Source: Anaeramoeba ignava BMAN
Lineage: Eukaryota > Protista > Anaeramoebae
Assembly: GCA_028826165.1 (NCBI GenBank)
Contig: JAPDFW010000044.1
Span: 186,001-250,000, forward strand
Length of the DNA stretch: 64,000 nucleotides
Reading direction: 5' to 3'
How positions within the stretch are numbered: the first letter of the stretch is position 1; the number at the start of each line of letters is the position of its first letter. The notes below the pieces were generated by a model. It was not told where the DNA came from. It made no database searches and saw nothing but the letters and a program-made list of their open reading frames with translations. This document shows positions 57,201 to 64,000 of the stretch, in pieces. The translations under genes were made by a program, and so were the position numbers.

Positions 57201-59852
57201 ATGAAATCAATTCTTTCAATTTTCTTGATATTTAATGTCATTTTATTTGAATCAATTCAAAATTCAGAAATATCAAATTTATTAATATCAAAATATTCTT
57301 CTTCTGATGGAGTTTATGTTTGGAATTTAAAACAAGAATACCGAATTTCCTACTACGATTATGGATTAAGTGTTGCAATTTATAAAAATATTATGGCTAT
57401 TGGTTCTTATCAAAATAAAAAAGTATATGTTTACAGATATGATGGAACAAATTGGAATATTGAAGATGTATTGACTAACTCTGCTTCATATTTTGGATAT
57501 AGAATAGCAATTTATGAGAATATTATTGTTGTTGGAGCTTATGTTGATAATCGAGTATTTGTTTACCAATATGGTGTTCCATATTGGACATCGGTTGGCA
57601 TACTATCTGGATCTGCTTCAAATTATGGATGGAGTGTTGCTATTTATGGAGATTGGGTTGTTGTTGGTGCTCCTGATTCAAACCAAGTATTTATTTATAA
57701 GCAAACTTACTATTGGAATATGGTTAAAACATTGAATGGATATTCATCCTCTTTTGGATATAGTGTTTCAATTAATGGAAATTTTATTGTTGTTGGTGCT
57801 CCTGATAATCGAGTAATATTTATTTATGCATATGATGGAACAGATTGGCGTCTTGACTACGCGTTTCAGGAATCTTCATATATAAAATTTGGAAGATATG
57901 TTTCAATTTATGGAAATGTTATTGTAGTTGGAAGTGAAGATAATACTGTGTTTATTTATCGATATGATGGAACAAATTGGAATTTTGAACAAACATTATC
58001 TGGAGTTGGTTATTTTGGATGTTCTGTTTCAATTTATGGAAATGTTATTGTAGTTGGAACTTTTGCTAATACTGTATTTATTTATAGATATGATGAAACA
58101 ACTTGGAATCTTGAAAAAACATTATCTGAAATTGGTTATTTTGGATGTTCTGTTTCAATTTATGATAGGTTTATTGTTATTGGAATGAATTTGGTTTACC
58201 AAGCATTTGTTTATGAAGCAACTCTTATTTCTCAAATTAATGTTCTTAATTGTTCATCTTTAATTTCATCATTTGAATGTTATTGGGAAGGAATTCAATC
58301 TTCATTTTCTTTGAAATATCAAATTAATTATGGGATTGATTGGATTGATATTCAAAATTCAATTATTGAAAATGGGAATATTTATCATCAACAATTTGAT
58401 TCTTCAAATTATGATAACATTACAGGAAATGAATATTATTCAATTCAAATTAGAGTTTGTGATTTAGGAACATCAATTTGTGGTGAATCTTCTTCTTCAG
58501 TTAATTTAATAACCAAAATTGATTCTGTAAAAGATTTCCAATTATTCAATCCTTCAAATTATTCAATTAATACTACTTGGATTCCTCCAAATGTTCAAAT
58601 TGATGATGAAATTGCTCATCTTAATCATTATAATATTTCTTATTTCAAACAATCTGAACCTGATTCGATTTATTCAATTTTAGTTGATAATTCTTCAACT
58701 TCATATCTTTTAGATAATAATATTGAATGTGGAAATGATTACAATATTTCAATTTGTGGATGTAGAACATTTGAATGTGAAGAAGATGATAAAGGAGAAA
58801 TTGTTGAATCATCAATTTCAAAAAATTTTGAAACAGTTTCAAATTTAACATGTTCAATTTCATATTCAATAGATATTAATTGTAATTGGAATCAACCAAT
58901 TAATTGTTCAATTCCATTTTATTATAATTTTACTTATCAATCAATTTCACAAAATGATTCAGGAAATTATCAATCAAATTCATTAAATCAAAATTTCACA
59001 GCTCAATTTCCAAATCAAGAATATCAAATTAATGTATCAGCTTGTAATTCAAATGGAAAATGTGGATATATTTCATCAATTTCAATTACAACTGATAATT
59101 TACCAATTTCTCCAATAATTTATCAAACAATTTCCAAACCTGAAGAAATTGAACTAAATTTTACAAAATTAACAAATACAAACAATTATTCAATTTCACT
59201 TGATAATGGAACAAATTGGCAAAAATTCACATCCTTTGATTTAAGTGGAAATGAAGTTATTGGAATAATAAGTGGAATATCTGGAAATATTGAATATAAT
59301 ATTTCAATTCGAGGATGTTCAGATTTAAATTGTGAAACACAATATTTAGGAGATCCAAGTTCAATAATTTCAACAAAAGCAAAATTAGGAAATATTACTT
59401 CATTAAGTTGCACATCAGTAATTACTGGATTTGTCTGTAATTGGGATTCATTAGAATTATCAAGTGGATTAAAAGCATATTCATTTAATTATAATTCAAC
59501 ATCAATTTGTTTAACAAATTTAACAAAAAATTATTCAATTTCATCAGGATTAAACTCAGGAGAATATTATGAAATTTCAATTTATTCATCATCTGATTTA
59601 AATTGTTCAAATAATGAATATTCAGGAATCAATTCAACAACATCAATAATACCATTATCAATGCAATGTGAGGTATATCAAACAAGTGAAAATTCAACAA
59701 ACACAACAGCAATAACTATTGGAATAATTATCCCTATTTTGATTATTTTGATTATTATTATTGGAATTATTTTCTTTAAAAAAAGAAAAAAAAACAAAAT
59801 TATTCAAGAAATTATGAAAGAAAAAGAATTACATACTGATTTAGATATTTAA
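57201..59852 (+). CDS. Type I surface protein: FG-GAP-like beta-propeller, several FN3-like domains, TM, short tail
   Basis: Signal peptide; about 7 repeats of (F/Y)GxSVxIxGxxIVVGA(P); FN3-like W...Y...YxISI modules; TM IGIIIPILIILIIIIGIIFF followed by KKRKK. Confidence 0.88.
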   Translation: MKSILSIFLIFNVILFESIQNSEISNLLISKYSSSDGVYVWNLKQEYRISYYDYGLSVAIYKNIMAIGSYQNKKVYVYRYDGTNWNIEDVLTNSASYFGYRIAIYENIIVVGAYVDNRVFVYQYGVPYWTSVGILSGSASNYGWSVAIYGDWVVVGAPDSNQVFIYKQTYYWNMVKTLNGYSSSFGYSVSINGNFIVVGAPDNRVIFIYAYDGTDWRLDYAFQESSYIKFGRYVSIYGNVIVVGSEDNTVFIYRYDGTNWNFEQTLSGVGYFGCSVSIYGNVIVVGTFANTVFIYRYDETTWNLEKTLSEIGYFGCSVSIYDRFIVIGMNLVYQAFVYEATLISQINVLNCSSLISSFECYWEGIQSSFSLKYQINYGIDWIDIQNSIIENGNIYHQQFDSSNYDNITGNEYYSIQIRVCDLGTSICGESSSSVNLITKIDSVKDFQLFNPSNYSINTTWIPPNVQIDDEIAHLNHYNISYFKQSEPDSIYSILVDNSSTSYLLDNNIECGNDYNISICGCRTFECEEDDKGEIVESSISKNFETVSNLTCSISYSIDINCNWNQPINCSIPFYYNFTYQSISQNDSGNYQSNSLNQNFTAQFPNQEYQINVSACNSNGKCGYISSISITTDNLPISPIIYQTISKPEEIELNFTKLTNTNNYSISLDNGTNWQKFTSFDLSGNEVIGIISGISGNIEYNISIRGCSDLNCETQYLGDPSSIISTKAKLGNITSLSCTSVITGFVCNWDSLELSSGLKAYSFNYNSTSICLTNLTKNYSISSGLNSGEYYEISIYSSSDLNCSNNEYSGINSTTSIIPLSMQCEVYQTSENSTNTTAITIGIIIPILIILIIIIGIIFFKKRKKNKIIQEIMKEKELHTDLDI

Positions 59853-60064
59853 TTCAAAAATCAATTTCAATCAATTTCAAACAATTTCAAATTCTTTTTT
59901 TCAATTCTTTTTTTCAAATTCAAAATCAATTAAAAATCCAAAATCAATTTCATTTAATTTTTAAATTAAATATCAAATTAAACTTATTTTTATTTTTCTT
60001 ATTTTTTATTATTCATTTTTGATAAGTTTGAATCAAATTGAATCAAAAAAATAAATTGGAATAA

Positions 60065-62676
60065 TTAAAATTTTTTTAAAGATTGATTTTCATTTTTGAT
60101 TTTCATTTTCATTTTAATTTTGATTTTCATTTTCATTTTCATTTTGATTTTGATTTTCGTTTATATTTTCAATTTGATTTTCAATTTCATTTTCATTTTC
60201 ATTTTGATTTTGATTTTCATTTTGATTTTGAATTTCAATTTCATTTTGAATTTCATTTTGAATTTCATTTTCAATTTGAATTTCATTTTCATTTTTATTT
60301 TTATTTTCATTTTGATTTAGATTTTCATTTTCATTTTTATTTTTATTTTCATTTTGATTTTCATTTTCATTTTCAATTTCATTTTGATTTTGATTTTGAT
60401 TTTGATTTTGAATTTCATTTTCGTTTTGAATTTCATTTTGAATTTCAATTTCAATTTCATTTTCATTTAGATTTAGATTTTGATTTTGATTTAGATTTTC
60501 ATTTTGATTTTCATTTTCATTTTCATTTTGAATTTGAATTTGATTTTGATTTTCAATTTGATTTTCATTTTGATTTTGATTTTGATTTTGATTTTGAATT
60601 TCATTTTTATTAAATGAATGAAAACAAGATTCTTTTGGAGGAGTAATTGATCGAATAATTTCTTTAGTTTCTTGATTATCTGAAATTGAATCAAGAATTT
60701 TATCCGAAATTTTAATTTTTTTTCTTTGTTCTAAATTAAGAATTTAAAAAAATAAAATTAAAATAAAATAATAAATTAAATGAAAATATTTGAGATGAAT
60801 TACCAATATAATTTGGGAATTGTTGAACAAATTTTTCAATAACATTTGATAATTTATTGATCCATTTTTGTTTTTCTTCAGCAGATTCACAAGAAATTAT
60901 TAAAGTTCTTTTGATTCCAACAATAAAAAAAGCATTTTTGATTTTGTTTTGAGGGAAATCTTGAATCCAACTTGTATTAATATTTAATGGAATTTTTGGT
61001 TTGAGTTTTGTAAAAACTTTTGTTCCATAAATTAATAAATCATTAAATAGATAAAATTGTCTTTTTTGAAGAGTTCCATGAGAAGATAGTTTTCCCAAAA
61101 CACCTGATTGAAGAAAAATTCTTCCTTCTTTTACAATTTGCTTTTTTGTTTTATTAAATATGAATTAAATATTTTTGAATTAAATATTATAAATTAAATA
61201 TTTTATAAATTAAATATTTTTGAATTAAATATTTTTGGATTAAATATTAATTAAATATTTTTGGATTAAATATTAATTAAATATTTTATAAATTAAATAT
61301 TTTATGGATTAAATATTTTTGGATTAATTATAAATAAAATATTTTATAAATTAAATATAAATTAAATATTTTATAAATTAAATATAAATTAAATATTTTA
61401 TAAATTAAATATAAATTAAATATTTTTGGATTAATTATAAATAAAATATTTTATGGATTAAATATAAATTAAATATTTTATAAATTAAATATTATATAAA
61501 TTAAATATTTTATAAATTAAATATTTTATAAATTAATTATAAATTAAATATTTTTGGATTAATTATAAATAAAATATTTTATAAATTAAATATAAATTAA
61601 ATATAAATTAAATATAAATTAAATATTTTATAAATTAAATATTTTATAAATTAAATATTTTATAAATTAAATATAAATTAAATATTTTTGGATTAAATAT
61701 AAATTAAATATAAATAAATTAAATATAAATTAAATATAAATTAAATATAAATTAAATATTTTATAAATTAATTATATTTACAATCATTGAATTTGTATCA
61801 AATGTTTCTTGAATTTGTGTTAATGTGCTGATATTTTCATTTGATTTAACTTGAAAATCAATTTTAGAAGCAATTTCATTAATTTTTTCAATCGCTTTTT
61901 GAAGATGATTAAAATCAGGATGTTCTTGAGTTGTATATTTAAGAATAGCCTTAAAAAATTCAATTAAAAAATTCAATTAAAAATTTCAATTAAAAAATTT
62001 CATAATATTTTTATAATATTTTTATGTGATTCAAACTTGAAGCATTAAATGATATCTTGGAATTCTTTGAACTGGTAGAATCATAAAATTAAAAATATCT
62101 AAAGAATTACTTCTTTCCAAATTTCTTCCTTTCTATTTTTCAATTCAAAAAAAAAACAAAAAAATAATAAATTTTTTCGAAATTAATTTGACTAAAAATT
62201 ACTTCTAAAAAAGCCTCAAATGGATCTTTCTTCTTGCGCAAAGAATTGACAAGATTTACAGCTTTGCGATAATTTTTGCAGTAATCGAAATACAAGTCCA
62301 AATAACCTGAAAAATCAACAAAAATATCACCAATCATTTTTTGATGAAGAAATTCTTCAAAACGTAAAATTAAAGAATTATATATCTTTTCTCTATGCAA
62401 ATGGTATATTCTCATGCAGTTGTTAAAAATTGCTTTATATTCATCTTCGTTAATCATGCCTTTTTTCTTCTGTGTTTCTCTTTTTAATGGAATCACATAA
62501 ACTTCAACAAGTGTTGTTAATCCTTCAACATAATTTTGTTCCGTTTTTAAAATCTCTTGAATTGCTTCTGCTCGCCGTGATTGTTGTTTGAGTAATTGTT
62601 CATATTGTTTTTTTGCATATTGCATTTTCAATGATGTTTGGAGAATTGATATTTTTTGAGAAAATTGATCTGACAT
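60065..62676 (-). CDS. Dbl-family RhoGEF (DH-PH) with N/E/Q-rich C-terminal tail; 5 exons
   Basis: EILKTEQNYVEGL, IF.N..IY.LH, IGDIF, YCKNY, MILPVQRIPRY.L.L and HPDF..L..A. PH motifs FYLFNDLLIY and EEKQKWI. The stop position is uncertain (60065-60090). Confidence 0.9.
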
Positions 62677-62729
62677 TTTTTTTTTTAAAATGAAAAATGT
62701 AAAATGAAAAATGAAAATTGAAAAAATGG

Positions 62730-63600
62730 AATAAAGAATAATAAATAGATAGATTTAAAATTAATTATATTTTATATATTTAATTAATATTTATTTATTT
62801 AAATTAATTTAAAATAATTCCCAATATTTTAATAAAATTAATAAAATATTTTAATTAATTTATTTAAAAATTTAAATAAAGAATAATAAATAATTAGATT
62901 TAAAATTAATTCTATTTTATATATTTAATTAATATTTATTTATTTAAATTTATATAAAATTATTCCCAATATTTAAATAAAATTAATAAAATATTTTATT
63001 TAATTTATTCCAAAATTTAAATAAAGAATAATAAATAATTAGATTTAAAATTAATTCTATTTTTATATATTTAATTAATATTTATTTATTTAAATTTATA
63101 TAAAATTATTCCCAATATTTAAATAAAATTAATAAAATATTTTAATTAATTTGTTTAAAAATTTAAATAAAGAATAATAAATAATTAGATTTAAAATTAA
63201 TTCTTTTTATATATTTTATTAATATTTATTTATTTAAATTTATATAAAATTATTCTAAATTTTTAAATAAAATTAATAAAATATTTTAATTAATTTATTT
63301 AAAAATTTAAATAAAGAATAATAAATAATTAGATTTAAAATTAATTCTTTTTATATATTTTATTAATATTTATTTATTTAAATTTATATAAAATAATTCT
63401 AAATTTTTAAATGAAATTAATAAAATATTTTAATTAATTTATTTAAAAATTTAAATAAAGAATAATAAATAATTAGATTTAAAATTAATTCTTTTTTATA
63501 TATTTTATTAATATTTATTTATTTAAATTTATATAAAATTATTCCCAATATTTAAATAAAATTAATAAAATATTTTAATTAATTTATTTAAATTAATATA
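62730..63600. repeat. Intergenic tandem repeat, ~145-bp unit, about 6 copies
   Basis: Marker agatttaaaa at 62751, 62896, 63041, 63187, 63331 and 63475. Confidence 0.92.
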
Positions 63601-63617
63601 AAATTAATTTTTAATTT

Positions 63618-64000
63618 TTAAATGAGATAAGTCTCAAATTCATCAACTTCCCATTCATCATAAGAACCAGCTAAATAACTTCTAGCTTTATCTGTTCCAT
63701 ATTTAATTCCATTAGGTAAATTGTAACTTTCACCAAAATTTGATTGAATAGGTTGAAAATCAGAATAAAATTCTAAATCTTCTCCAAAATTTGGAGCAAA
63801 ATTTTGATCATAATAAATTGCAATTTCTTCTTTTCCTTTTTTAATTGTAAATCTTTCAGGTTTTCTATCATTTTTATCATTTCTTAATGAAAAAATAAAT
63901 GCTTTTGGATCAATAATATATCCAGAACTATTTTTTCTATCTTTTTTTCTCCATTTGGATTTCTTAGCTGTCCATCCAACTTCAGTAAATCCTCCAAAAA
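63618..64000 (-). CDS. TLDc-domain protein, 3' end (starts outside the window)
   Basis: Minus-strand translation FGGFTEVGW...DPKAFIFSL...APNFGEDL...YLAGSYDEWEVDEFETYLI*. Confidence 0.85.
   Translation of the reverse strand, partial: FGGFTEVGWTAKKSKWRKKDRKNSSGYIIDPKAFIFSLRNDKNDRKPERFTIKKGKEEIAIYYDQNFAPNFGEDLEFYSDFQPIQSNFGESYNLPNGIKYGTDKARSYLAGSYDEWEVDEFETYLI

Noticed and set aside
655-60694. Numerous ORF-track entries such as poly-IL, poly-KI, poly-DF and poly-NF, plus short antisense ORFs
   Set aside because: They are alternative-frame or antisense readings of hexamer microsatellites and of real genes, with no independent coding signal.
1-64000. rRNA, tRNA or snRNA genes, and an alternative genetic code
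   Set aside because: No recognisable structured RNA was seen by eye (a covariance search was not possible). Conserved genes end at TAA or TGA and translate normally with the standard code.

Overview
Very AT-rich, gene-dense eukaryotic DNA with about 19 protein-coding genes and about 40 spliceosomal introns that I could place by eye. The features fit an Anaeramoeba-like metamonad protist, though that assignment is inference only: poly-NQ tracts, AAAATC/AAAATT microsatellite introns, RCC1-BTB, FG-GAP-FN3 and TLDc genes, and a TCATTT initiator-like motif. Genes in order: Sec16-like (partial), TSET TTRAY2-like, divergent actin, 2H phosphoesterase, an orphan helical-repeat plus Zn-finger protein, a Cys-rich membrane protein, a Rab-BTB-BTB-CaaX fusion, RCC1-BTB-BTB-CaaX, importin-5-like, UBA1, a calnexin-like protein without a P-domain, RGS-DUF547, an orphan, an ankyrin protein, GH30, a divergent beta-tubulin, an FG-GAP/FN3 receptor, a DH-PH RhoGEF and a TLDc protein (partial). 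The strongest observations are (1) a 98-nt AT-AC intron with a perfect U12 donor (ATATCCTTT) that restores the importin reading frame and implies a minor spliceosome; (2) three intergenic tandem arrays with different unit sequences that share a ~145-bp period; (3) a BTB-BTB-CaaX cassette carrying swapped N-terminal domains, one of them a pseudo-Rab; (4) several paralogs with altered catalytic or ligand-binding motifs (tubulin, GH30, calnexin). Several single-base frameshifts in homopolymers look like long-read assembly errors. All assignments come from reading motifs; no searches were run.
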